From contig JACZRI010000001.1 of the NCBI GenBank assembly GCA_022574775.1, positions 31,631 through 95,630 of the forward strand: a DNA stretch of 64,000 nucleotides, read 5' to 3'. A program made the position numbers and the translations under genes. The first letter of the stretch is position 1; each line of letters opens with the position of its first letter. Below the pieces are notes generated by a model. That model searched no databases and was not told the DNA's origin. It was given only the letters and a program-made list of their open reading frames with translations. This document shows positions 40,762 to 49,420 of the stretch, in pieces. The DNA comes from Patescibacteria group bacterium (GTDB lineage Bacteria; Patescibacteriota; Minisyncoccia; Minisyncoccales; RBG-13-36-15).

Positions 40762-42249
40762 CTAGGTCACCCAGTATTTTTTCTTGGTCATTTCATCTTC
40801 TTTTATTTCCAGCTTTTTTCTTTCTTCTCTCGCTTTTTTTGCCAAATCCTCTAACTTTGAATCGGTTAGGTTGCTCAAGTCCTTTATTTTTTCTTTCAAA
40901 TATTCTTTTTTATTTCTTTCTGGTTTTTCTATAACCTCACCGAGCAGAATATCTAAAATTTGTCCTATTTTTGGCCCAGGTGAAATCTCCAAGATTTTCA
41001 TTACCTTATCCCCGTTAACTTTAAGCATTTTGACCGAAATTGGATCTTGAGATATTTTTTCAATCACATACCGCAAATGTCTCAATTTATAAGGTTCTGC
41101 CTTTGGCACGCCAGAGCCTATTCTATCTGCCATTCTAACTTGCAGCAGTTCATCCATATTTTCTCTGCCAACCTGTCTTACCAATCTTCTTATCGAGCTT
41201 TCTGAAACCTCGTCAACATTGTAGTAAAAGAGGTGATACCTGACTAATTTGGCAATTTTTTCAATGTCTTTTCTTGGAAATTTCAACCTATTTAAAATCT
41301 GGGCAGTCATTTTCGCTCCCAAGATCTCATGGCCATAGAATGTTGCATCCGGTCCATTCCCCTGTTTAACTCTTGGTTTTGCAATATCGTGAAAAAGGCT
41401 GGCTACTCGGACGTGTTTATTAAAACGTTTTTTGGCAGAGTATTTTAAAGACAAAATATTGTGTTCGTAGCAGTCGTAAATATGATGTTTATTTTGGCTG
41501 ACCTTATATCCTTCCTCTAATTCAGGAAGTATATATTTTAAAAGATTGAGTTTTCTCAATATTTCTATTCCTTCTGAAGCCCTATCAGCCATAATGATTT
41601 TTATTAGTTCGTCCCTTATTCTCTCTTTTGAAATAGCCTGAAGCCAAAAAGAATTTTTTTTAATTGCTTTTGCAGTATCTTTTTCTATTTCAAAGCCTAA
41701 AGATGCAGCAAACCTTACAGCTCTCATCATTCTTAGGGCATCTTCATTGAATCTATCATCTGCTTTCCCAACTGTTCTAATAATTTTGTTTTCCAAATCT
41801 TTTTGTCCTTCAAAAGGGTCGATAGCTTGCAGTTTGTAGCTTGCAGCTTGTAGCTTAGGAGTTGTTTTGGGTTTGATATCTATGGCTATGGCGTTGATTG
41901 TGAAGTCGCGGCGGGCAAGGTCTTTTTCAATAGTTTTTGCCCACTTTATTCTGTCTGGATGTCTTTTATCTGAATATTTCTCATCAATTCTAAAAGGAGT
42001 AATCTCAATTTCTTTTAATTTTGGGTTTTGAGATTCAGTCAAAACAGTTACTGTCCCGAATTTGTTGTTAATAAAACTTTTTGGAAAGACTTTTCCGATT
42101 TCATCAGGTTTGGCATTTGTAGCTATATCCCAGTCTTTTGGCTCTTCTTTACGCAATAAATCCCGAACGCAACCTCCGACAATATATGCTTTAAAACCAG
42201 CTTTTTTTAACGCATCAATAACAAATTTTACTTCTTTTGGTATAAACAT
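40762..42249 (-). CDS. cca: CCA-adding enzyme / tRNA nucleotidyltransferase with HD domain
   Basis: YIVGGCVRDLLR, DWDIAT, RDFTINAIA, and an HD region LFHDIAKP. 495 aa. Confidence 0.85.
   Translation of the reverse strand: MFIPKEVKFVIDALKKAGFKAYIVGGCVRDLLRKEEPKDWDIATNAKPDEIGKVFPKSFINNKFGTVTVLTESQNPKLKEIEITPFRIDEKYSDKRHPDRIKWAKTIEKDLARRDFTINAIAIDIKPKTTPKLQAASYKLQAIDPFEGQKDLENKIIRTVGKADDRFNEDALRMMRAVRFAASLGFEIEKDTAKAIKKNSFWLQAISKERIRDELIKIIMADRASEGIEILRKLNLLKYILPELEEGYKVSQNKHHIYDCYEHNILSLKYSAKKRFNKHVRVASLFHDIAKPRVKQGNGPDATFYGHEILGAKMTAQILNRLKFPRKDIEKIAKLVRYHLFYYNVDEVSESSIRRLVRQVGRENMDELLQVRMADRIGSGVPKAEPYKLRHLRYVIEKISQDPISVKMLKVNGDKVMKILEISPGPKIGQILDILLGEVIEKPERNKKEYLKEKIKDLSNLTDSKLEDLAKKAREERKKLEIKEDEMTKKKYWVT
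41823..41856 (-). repeat. 14-nt tandem repeat (2.4 copies) inside cca
   Basis: tagcttgcag(t/c)ttg repeats on the plus strand. It encodes KLQAASYKLQA within an apparent insertion. Confidence 0.8.
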
Positions 42250-42352
42250 AGGCCCTACGATTACGAATCATTACGAATATACGAATTTATATCTTCATTA
42301 TAGCTTTAAAATTGATTTTTCCCAATAATTTTGATAGAATATCAATATATTT

Positions 42353-42424
42353 GCCCTCGTGGTGTAATGGATAGCATTTTTGTCTTCGGAACAAAAGATA
42401 GGGGTTCGAGTCCTCTCGAGGGCA
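42353..42424 (+). tRNA. tRNA-Arg (anticodon UCG)
   Basis: Hand-folded cloverleaf. Acceptor gccctcg/cgagggc, anticodon stem tttgt/acaaa with loop cTTCGga, T arm agggg-ttcgagt-cctct, discriminator A. No encoded CCA. Confidence 0.85.
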
Positions 42425-42435
42425 TTGAGAAGAAA

Positions 42436-42918
42436 ATGAAAAAGAGAATTTTTATAATTTTAGTTTTTTTGTTTGTGGTTTCACTGCTTTCTTTTATCCC
42501 TCAAGGAATTCAGGCTGGAGGAGAGTGTACCGCAAATGTTTGTACAAATGGGTCAGGAGGATTGGTGCCTTGTGGAAGAGATTGCGACGATCCTAACACA
42601 GGATATAACGAGACATGTCCCTGTCAGCTTTGTCATTTCTTTGTGATGATGGACAGAATTTTAGATTTTATTTTTTTGATTCTTGTTCCCACAGTCGCTG
42701 TTTTGATGCTGGTAATTGGGGGAATAATGTTCTTTTTCGCCGGGGGAAGTCCTCAAAGGCTTGAAAGCGCAAAATCAATAATCACTTCAACAATTACGGG
42801 TTTGGTAATTATTTTTACTGCATGGGTGATAATTAATACGTTTTTTATAATTATCGGAGTAAATACTTGGACTGGCCTTGAATCAGGTTGGTTTACAATA
42901 GATTGTGCGGTTGATTGA
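42436..42918 (+). CDS. Small VirB2/TrbC-like pilin-domain protein with a Cys-rich N-terminal region
   Basis: Signal peptide, Cys cluster (CTANVCTNG..CGRDCDD..CPCQLC), then two hydrophobic helices around GGIMFFFAGGSPQRLESAKSIITSTITGLVII, matching the pilin modules at 26.4 and 29.4 kb. The track ORF start at 42331 runs through the tRNA, so the ATG at 42436 is used. Confidence 0.65.
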   Translation: MKKRIFIILVFLFVVSLLSFIPQGIQAGGECTANVCTNGSGGLVPCGRDCDDPNTGYNETCPCQLCHFFVMMDRILDFIFLILVPTVAVLMLVIGGIMFFFAGGSPQRLESAKSIITSTITGLVIIFTAWVIINTFFIIIGVNTWTGLESGWFTIDCAVD

Positions 42919-43004
42919 TTGTTTTAAGAGCATTCTACCCTTTTTATCTTAGCTCCAAACCAATATTTATCTGCCCTGAACTAAACTTTTTTCTAGTTCA
43001 TCAG

Positions 43005-43077
43005 GCCCCGTTAGCTCAATTGGTAGAGCAGATCCCTCTTAAGGATAAGGTTGTGGGTTCAAATCCCTCACGGGGCA
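43005..43077 (+). tRNA. tRNA-Lys (anticodon CUU)
   Basis: Acceptor gccccgt/acggggc, D arm gctc-aattggta-gagc, anticodon loop cTCTTaa. The T arm gtggg-ttcaaat-ccctc has one U-U mismatch. Discriminator A. Confidence 0.8.
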
Positions 43078-43203
43078 CAGATTTTATTTAAACATGTCAA
43101 CATTTAAACATTTTAGTATTTAGACTGTGAGTTTGTTTTTTTATTTTCTTGCGTGATTTTTTAATGTTTTTATGTTAAGATGTTTAAATGTTAGGTTGTA
43201 TTT

Positions 43204-43470
43204 ATGTTAACACAGCAAGAAAAAGAGAAAATTATTAAAAAATACGAACTCCATAAAGAAGATACTGGTTCTCCCGAAGTGCAAATCGCTTTATTTACAG
43301 AGGAAATTACAAGGCTGATTTTACATTTGAAAAAACACAAAAAAGATGTTCATTCCAAGAGAGGTTTGTTAAAAATGGTGGCCAAGAGAAGGACTCTTTT
43401 AAATTATGTCAAAAAAGAAAGCACAAGGCGATATAATAATATTTTAAAAAAGATCGGCCTGAAAAAGTAA
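43204..43470 (+). CDS. rpsO: 30S ribosomal protein S15
   Basis: 88 aa. [48 protein letters not shown]. Confidence 0.9.
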   Translation: MLTQQEKEKIIKKYELHKEDTGSPEVQIALFTEEITRLILHLKKHKKDVHSKRGLLKMVAKRRTLLNYVKKESTRRYNNILKKIGLKK

Positions 43471-43564
43471 CCACCAATAAAACACGAATTTTTCACTAAT
43501 TTTCACGAATCTGGATTATTAGTGATTATTTGTGCAAGATTAGTGATTGATTAGTGGTATGGTA

Positions 43565-44062
43565 ATGCAACACAAAGAGCAAAGAGTCAGCGTTTTTATC
43601 GATGCTCAGAATCTCTACCATTCAGCAAGAAATCGTTACAACGCAAGAGTTAATTTCAGAGAGATTCTGAAATTGGCAGTATCTCAAAGGAGATTAGTTC
43701 GGGCCTTTGGTTATGTGATTCGCACCAAAACAGGAGAAGAAAAATCATTTTTTAAGGCTTTGACGAAATTAGGTATTGAAACGAGGATCAAAGATTTGCA
43801 GGAGTTTTATGGCGGGTTGAAAAAAGCTGATTGGGATGTAGGGATAGTAATAGACGCGATTAAAATATCACCTTCAATAGATACAATAGTTTTAGTTTCA
43901 GGAGATGGAGATTTCGTTCCACTGGTGGAATATTTAAAAAATCAAGGGAAAAGAGTAGAGGTTATTGCTTTTGGCAGATCAGCTTCTTTAAAATTAAAAG
44001 AGGCTGCTGACGAATTTTTAGACTTGGAGAAAAATCCAGAGAGATATTTATTAAAGAAATAA
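43565..44062 (+). CDS. NYN-domain (LabA/PIN-like) putative ribonuclease
   Basis: RVSVFIDAQNLY, WDVGIVIDAI, and the LVSGDGDFVPLVEYLKNQGKRVEVIAF pattern of NYN/LabA proteins. Alternative starts at 43547 and 43559. Confidence 0.7.
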   Translation: MQHKEQRVSVFIDAQNLYHSARNRYNARVNFREILKLAVSQRRLVRAFGYVIRTKTGEEKSFFKALTKLGIETRIKDLQEFYGGLKKADWDVGIVIDAIKISPSIDTIVLVSGDGDFVPLVEYLKNQGKRVEVIAFGRSASLKLKEAADEFLDLEKNPERYLLKK

Positions 44063-44063
44063 A

Positions 44064-46226
44064 ATGGAATTTAAATTACAACTCGGAGGAAGAGAATTAA
44101 AGATAGAAATCAGAAACTTGGCAGAAAGGGCCAATGCAGATGCTTTGGTATCATATGGAGATACTATGGTTTTGGCAACCTGCGTGATGTCAAAAGAAGA
44201 TAGAGGAGGGCTGAGTTTTTTCCCGTTAACTGTTGATTATGAAGAGAAATATTATGCAGCTGGCAAAATTAAAGGACCGAGGTACATCAAAAGGGAATCT
44301 CGGCCTTCAGATGAGGCAATTTGCAACGCCAGATTGATTGATAGATCTATTCGTCCCAGGTTCCCGAAATATTTGAAAAGGGATGTTCAAGTAGTTTTAA
44401 CCATTTTGTCTTGGGACGAAGAAAATGAACCTGATCTGGTTGGGTTGCTGGCGAGCTCAATCTGTCTTTCTATTTCTGATATCCCTTGGGCAGGCCCAAT
44501 AGCAGCCTTGAGAATAGGAAAATCAAACATCGCTAGAGATAACAAAGATGAAGAAAAGGCAAAAAGAGAACAAATCTCTGACGAAGCAAACAATAAGTTC
44601 ATTTTAAATCCAACATATAAAGAAAAAGAGGGAAATGGAATGGATCTAATTTTTGTAGGAGGGAAATCAGATGGAGAATTTTTAATCAATATGATAGAAG
44701 GAAGTTTTGACGAGATTCCAGAAGAACTTATTTTAAAAGCTTTTGATTTTGCAAAAAAAGACCTTGATAGCTTAATCGATTTTCAAGAAGAGATTATAAA
44801 AAAAGTTGGCAAAGAGAAAGTAGAAATTGAGGATAAACCGAGAGATCTCGAGTTGGAAAAAGAGATTAGAGAGTTTCTTGGAAATAATTTAGAAAAGGCT
44901 CTTTTTCAAAAAAAAGAACGAATGGAAGAGGTAAACAGGCTGAAAACTGAACTATCTTATTTTATTGAGGGAAAATATCCAGGCGAAGGAAAGGCAAAAT
45001 ATGCTGAGAATTTTTTCGAGGATGAAATTGAAAAAGTAATTCACCAAAATGCTATCCTTAATGGGAAAAGGCCAGACGGAAGGTCTGTAGATGAAATAAG
45101 GGAAATTCATGTTGAGACAGGATTGCTGCCGAGAACCCATGGCTCCGCTCTATTTACTCGAGGGCAAACTAAATCCTTGTCTATTTTGACTTTAGGGACT
45201 CCAGGTGATCAGCAATTGTTAGAAGGGATGGAGATTACAGGAAAGAAGCGTTTTATGCATCATTATAATTTTCCTGCTTATTCTGTGGGAGAAATACGGC
45301 CAATGAGGGGACCTGGAAGGAGGGATATTGGACATGGAATGCTGGCAGAAAAAGCGCTTTTTCCGTTAATTCCAAGCTTTGATCAATTTCCATATACTAT
45401 AAGGATAGTTTCTGAAATTCTTTCTTCAAACGGCTCAACTTCAATGGCTTCAGTTTCCTCTTCTTCTATGGCTTTGATGGATGCCGGAGTGCCAGTGAAA
45501 AGACCGATAGCTGGTATTGCTTTGGGGTTGATGATTGAACAAGGAGTGCCTGTAGATAAGGCAAATTACAAAATTTTAACCGATATTCAAGGCCCAGAAG
45601 ATTTTCATGGAGATATGGATTTTAAAGTGGCTGGGACTAAAAACGGAATAACTGTTCTCCAGATGGACGTGAAAATCGATGGGATTACAAAAAAAATTCT
45701 AAAAGAGTCTTTAGAGCAGGGAAAGAAAGCTAGAGCTCAAATTCTTGGCGTAATGGAAAAGACTTTAGCTCGCCCTAGAGAGAAACTTTCTCCTTTTGCC
45801 CCACGGATTTTCACCATACAGATTAATCCTGAAAAAATCGGTGATGTAGTCGGGCCGCGTGGAAAAACTATTAATGAAATTATTGCAGATACTGAAGTAA
45901 TAATCGATATTCAGCCCACGGGCCTTATTTTTGTTACTTCAGAGCCGGGATTTGAAGAAAATGCAGAAAGAGCTATCGCTGCAATAAAAAGTATTACCAG
46001 AGAAATAAAGGTTGGCGAGGTTTTTCAGGGAAAAGTGAAAAAAGTAGTTAATTTCGGCGCTTTCGTAGAGTTAGTTCCAAAACAAGAAGGGTTAATCCAT
46101 ATTTCCCAATTGAGTATTCCCAGAGGAAAAAACCTTGAAGAACTAATTAAAATTGGAGATATTCTGCAAGTAGAGGTTGTCGGTATTGACGAAAAAGGCA
46201 GAATAAATTTATCGTTACCAAAATAG
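44064..46226 (+). CDS. pnp: Polyribonucleotide nucleotidyltransferase (PNPase)
   Basis: Two RNase PH-like domains, FMHHYNFPAYSVGE, KH (DVVGPRGKTINEI) and S1 (GEVFQGKVKKVVNFGAFVEL) domains. 720 aa. Confidence 0.9.
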   Translation: MEFKLQLGGRELKIEIRNLAERANADALVSYGDTMVLATCVMSKEDRGGLSFFPLTVDYEEKYYAAGKIKGPRYIKRESRPSDEAICNARLIDRSIRPRFPKYLKRDVQVVLTILSWDEENEPDLVGLLASSICLSISDIPWAGPIAALRIGKSNIARDNKDEEKAKREQISDEANNKFILNPTYKEKEGNGMDLIFVGGKSDGEFLINMIEGSFDEIPEELILKAFDFAKKDLDSLIDFQEEIIKKVGKEKVEIEDKPRDLELEKEIREFLGNNLEKALFQKKERMEEVNRLKTELSYFIEGKYPGEGKAKYAENFFEDEIEKVIHQNAILNGKRPDGRSVDEIREIHVETGLLPRTHGSALFTRGQTKSLSILTLGTPGDQQLLEGMEITGKKRFMHHYNFPAYSVGEIRPMRGPGRRDIGHGMLAEKALFPLIPSFDQFPYTIRIVSEILSSNGSTSMASVSSSSMALMDAGVPVKRPIAGIALGLMIEQGVPVDKANYKILTDIQGPEDFHGDMDFKVAGTKNGITVLQMDVKIDGITKKILKESLEQGKKARAQILGVMEKTLARPREKLSPFAPRIFTIQINPEKIGDVVGPRGKTINEIIADTEVIIDIQPTGLIFVTSEPGFEENAERAIAAIKSITREIKVGEVFQGKVKKVVNFGAFVELVPKQEGLIHISQLSIPRGKNLEELIKIGDILQVEVVGIDEKGRINLSLPK

Positions 46227-46387
46227 GCCGCTAATAAAATACCAATAATCACTAACCAAATACTAATCTAAAACGAATAAACAATAATGTTCGTGTTGAT
46301 TCGTGTTTATAATCTACCTTACGGAGGGAGTCTCACCTTTTCTAAAGAAAGAGTGGTACAGCGTGAAATATCAGTGGTTAGATACTT

Positions 46388-48874
46388 ATGATTGATGAAG
46401 AAAAAAAAGAATTTTTAAGGAGAGAAGAGATTAGGACGATGAGAAAAGATATTGAATTGGCTCGCGAAGAAGAAGCAAAAAGCGGAAGGGAGCGAATTTC
46501 AGGCTTAAAAATTAAAGAAGAAGCAAAAAAGAAACCGGAAAAACCATCTTTTCTTACAGTCCAACCAAAACCGGAGCAAAAACCAGATTTAAAGCCAGTT
46601 GCTGAAGCTGTTGATGTTGGCAAAGAAGCTCTGGAAGCCGAGGAAGAAATAAAAATAGAGAAAGAAAAAGAAGAGCAAGAAAAAAAAGTTTCGGCCTGGG
46701 ACCAAGAGAGAAAAAAATTAGCAGAAGAAGTTGAAAGAAAATGGGAAGAAGAACAAGGAAGGGTTAAGAGAGAACGAGAAGGAATAATTTTAGCCAAAAA
46801 AGAAGAAAAAGAAAAACTGAAAGAAGAATCGATTGACATTGAAAATTTATTAAAAGGATTACCATTGAGAAGAAAACCCTTGCAAGATAGAATAAGAGAG
46901 CTTTCTGATAAAAATGAACAACTACAAAAGGATTTAACCCCGATTCTAGACGAAGAGAAAGAGATTGAGGAAAAAAAGAGCAAGATTGAAGAAAAAGAGA
47001 AAAAGGCAGTTTCTCCAGAAAAAAAACGCGAGGCAGAACAGGAGCGGTGGAAAATAGAAAAAGAGAGGAAAAAAATAGAAACTCAAAAGTGGAAAGTAGG
47101 AGAAGAAATAGAAGGGGTAGAAAAAGAAATTAAAAAAATAGAGGCGAAGTTTCAGGAAATTCTTAGAGATGAAAAAGAATTAAGAAAGAGAAAGGAGGAA
47201 ATTAACGCAAGAGAGAAAGAAATAGCCTTAGAAAATGAGAAGGAGGAATTGGGAAAAGAAATTACAGAACTTATCAAAGAAAGACAACCTTTTGATAGAA
47301 AGATTGCTGAGTTCTCCGAAAAAAAACGTACATTGGATGAAAGCCTCGGTAAAATTTTGAAAGAAGAGAAAGAAGTTGAGGAACAAATAAGAAGCCTTGA
47401 GGAGAAAGAAAAGTCAGCCCCTTCTTTGAACGAACAGAGAGAAATAGAAAAAAAGAGATGGGAAATGGAAAAGGATAGAATAGAGGTAGAGGAAGAGAGA
47501 TGGAAATCAGAAAATGAGAAAAAAGAAATAAATATCCAAACCAAAGAGATTAATTTAAACAGGCAAAGATTATTGGGCAAAGAAAACCGCTTTAAAGTGA
47601 GAGTAAAAGAGATCGAAAAAGCGCTACAAAAAGGCAGGAAGGAAGAAGAACCCTCGGTAGAAAAAGAAAAACCCTCCGTCGTTCCACAGGACGGGACTAT
47701 GGAGGACATTGAGGAAAAAGAACGCCCAACAGAAAAAGAAGAACCAGAAACCGAGCTTATAAGAAAAGCGAGAGAAAGACTGGAAAAATTAACTAAGGAG
47801 GATGAGAAAATGTCTGGTGAAAACAAAACGATAGAACAAGGACATCCTGATGAAGAATTCAGACCTAAAGGATTTGGCAGAGACATGAGGAGAGATTTCA
47901 CCACAGGAGAGCAAGATCGTGGAGCTGAAAAAGAAAGATTAGAAAGAGCAAGATCTGTATTAGAAGAGCAGGGAAAGAAAACAGAGGAGGCAAGAAAAAT
48001 ATTTCCAGAGAGAGTTTTTCATGAAGAGAAAAAAGAGTTCCCTCCTAAAAAACCTTCTCAAGTATCTTTCTCTTTGGAAAAGGAAGGTGTCCCGAATGTT
48101 CCTTTACATCCAATTCCACAGAGACCAACTTCTTTCAAAAAGATTGCAGTAAGAATAGCAGTTATTCTGATTTTAGTTCTTTTTCTTGCATCCATTTTAT
48201 TCATATGGCCAGGTTTTTTGAAAAAAGAGACTTCTATCCAAGGAGAACCGATTACACCGCCAGAAACTTCATTGCCGGAGACTCCGCCAGAAATTCAACT
48301 ACCCCCAGTTGTTGAACCTCCTATTTCTCTTATTAAAGTCGGGGCAACTGAAATATTAGAAATCTCTGAAGTTTCAGATATTCCCGCATTTTTTGATTCA
48401 GTTTTGCAGACGGAGATGCAGGAAGGAGAATTTACAAGACTTTTATTTAAAAACACAAAAGAGAATAAATTCGTTGAATTTTCCGAATTCTTGACAACTT
48501 TTCAAATTAAAGTTCCAGAAGATTTTTATCAAAACATAACTAAAGATTACGTTCTTTTTATCTTTGCTCAAACAGAAGGAAAAAGATTCGGGTTTGTGGT
48601 TAGAACTGAAGAGGCAGAACAATTAAACGCTGTTTTGAAATCTTGGGAAGAGACAATGGAAAAAGATTTTGAGAGTTTGCTTTTAGTTTTGGGCAAGGAA
48701 AAACCAGTCACCCTTCCCGTTTTTAAATCGGCGAACAAGGCAGGAATCAGTTTTCGCTACATGACGTTTATTGATAAAGAAGGCTTTGGAATTTGTTATT
48801 TAATATCTGGCGAGTATTTTATTTGGAGCAGTTCTTGTCAAGGACTCATCGCGTTAATTGAAAAACTTTTTTGA
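46388..48874 (+). CDS. Large membrane-anchored protein: ~570-aa E/K-rich repetitive coiled-coil N-terminus, one TM, ~230-aa C-terminal domain
   Basis: 828 aa with extreme E/K bias. It has repeated modules (...EKEKKAVSPEKKREAEQERWKIEKERKKIE... and ...EKEKSAPSLNEQREIEKKRWEMEKDRIEVE...) and the TM AVRIAVILILVLFLASILFIW. Confidence 0.6.
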   Translation: MIDEEKKEFLRREEIRTMRKDIELAREEEAKSGRERISGLKIKEEAKKKPEKPSFLTVQPKPEQKPDLKPVAEAVDVGKEALEAEEEIKIEKEKEEQEKKVSAWDQERKKLAEEVERKWEEEQGRVKREREGIILAKKEEKEKLKEESIDIENLLKGLPLRRKPLQDRIRELSDKNEQLQKDLTPILDEEKEIEEKKSKIEEKEKKAVSPEKKREAEQERWKIEKERKKIETQKWKVGEEIEGVEKEIKKIEAKFQEILRDEKELRKRKEEINAREKEIALENEKEELGKEITELIKERQPFDRKIAEFSEKKRTLDESLGKILKEEKEVEEQIRSLEEKEKSAPSLNEQREIEKKRWEMEKDRIEVEEERWKSENEKKEINIQTKEINLNRQRLLGKENRFKVRVKEIEKALQKGRKEEEPSVEKEKPSVVPQDGTMEDIEEKERPTEKEEPETELIRKARERLEKLTKEDEKMSGENKTIEQGHPDEEFRPKGFGRDMRRDFTTGEQDRGAEKERLERARSVLEEQGKKTEEARKIFPERVFHEEKKEFPPKKPSQVSFSLEKEGVPNVPLHPIPQRPTSFKKIAVRIAVILILVLFLASILFIWPGFLKKETSIQGEPITPPETSLPETPPEIQLPPVVEPPISLIKVGATEILEISEVSDIPAFFDSVLQTEMQEGEFTRLLFKNTKENKFVEFSEFLTTFQIKVPEDFYQNITKDYVLFIFAQTEGKRFGFVVRTEEAEQLNAVLKSWEETMEKDFESLLLVLGKEKPVTLPVFKSANKAGISFRYMTFIDKEGFGICYLISGEYFIWSSSCQGLIALIEKLF

Positions 48875-48876
48875 AA

Positions 48877-49245
48877 ATGAAAAAAGAGATCCTTGAAAAA
48901 CTGAAGGCGAAATTAGAAAAAGAGAAAGAAAATTTAGAAAAAGAACTCAAGAGTTTTGCCAAGAAAAATCCGAAACTGAAAGGCGATTGGAATACAAAAT
49001 ACCCTGAATTCAACAGGGGCGTGGGCTCTCAGGGATTAGAAGATGCAGCAGACGAGGTTGAAGAGTATCTTAATTTATTGCCCATTGAGGCTAATCTTGA
49101 GTTGAGGCTGCAGTTAGTTAATTCAGCTTTTGAAAAAATGAAGAAGGGAAAATACGGAAGATGTGAAAAATGCAAAAAGCAAATGTCTTTAGAAAGACTC
49201 AAAGCCTATCCTGAAGCCCAATTCTGCATAAAATGTAAAAAGTAA
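48877..49245 (+). CDS. DksA/TraR-family C4 zinc-finger protein
   Basis: C-terminal CEKCKKQMSLERLKAYPEAQFCIKCKK. It overlaps or abuts the upstream stop. Confidence 0.7.
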   Translation: MKKEILEKLKAKLEKEKENLEKELKSFAKKNPKLKGDWNTKYPEFNRGVGSQGLEDAADEVEEYLNLLPIEANLELRLQLVNSAFEKMKKGKYGRCEKCKKQMSLERLKAYPEAQFCIKCKK

Positions 49246-49274
49246 GGAATTTCTAGAAAATCTTATTCCTGTTG

Positions 49275-49301
49275 CCCGAGAATTATTATCTCGGGTTTTT
49301 T
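49275..49301 (+). terminator. Rho-independent terminator after the dksA-like gene
   Basis: cccgaga-attatta-tctcggg followed by TTTTTT. Confidence 0.65.
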
Positions 49302-49420
49302 ATTTGACATCCAAAATTTCGAAGAAACTTAGGATGGCTTGCCTTGAGTTTATCGTCCTTCAATTCGATTCAGGGCGACCCTGAGTTGATTTGAATGGGT
49401 CGAAGGGATATAATGAAAAT

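Noticed and set aside
46378-47904. Two long minus-strand ORFs (201 aa and 250 aa) rich in Ser/Phe/Leu.
   Set aside because: They are the antisense mirror of the GAA/AAA-rich coding strand of the 828-aa E/K protein. They are low-complexity with no start context, so I treat them as artefacts.
49340-49405. Riboswitch-like alternative hairpins (tcaggg-cga-ccctga versus cgaccc...gggtcg) upstream of the UPF0182 gene.
   Set aside because: The stems are short. They match no riboswitch consensus known to me, and they overlap the better-supported TTGATT-17-TATAAT promoter.
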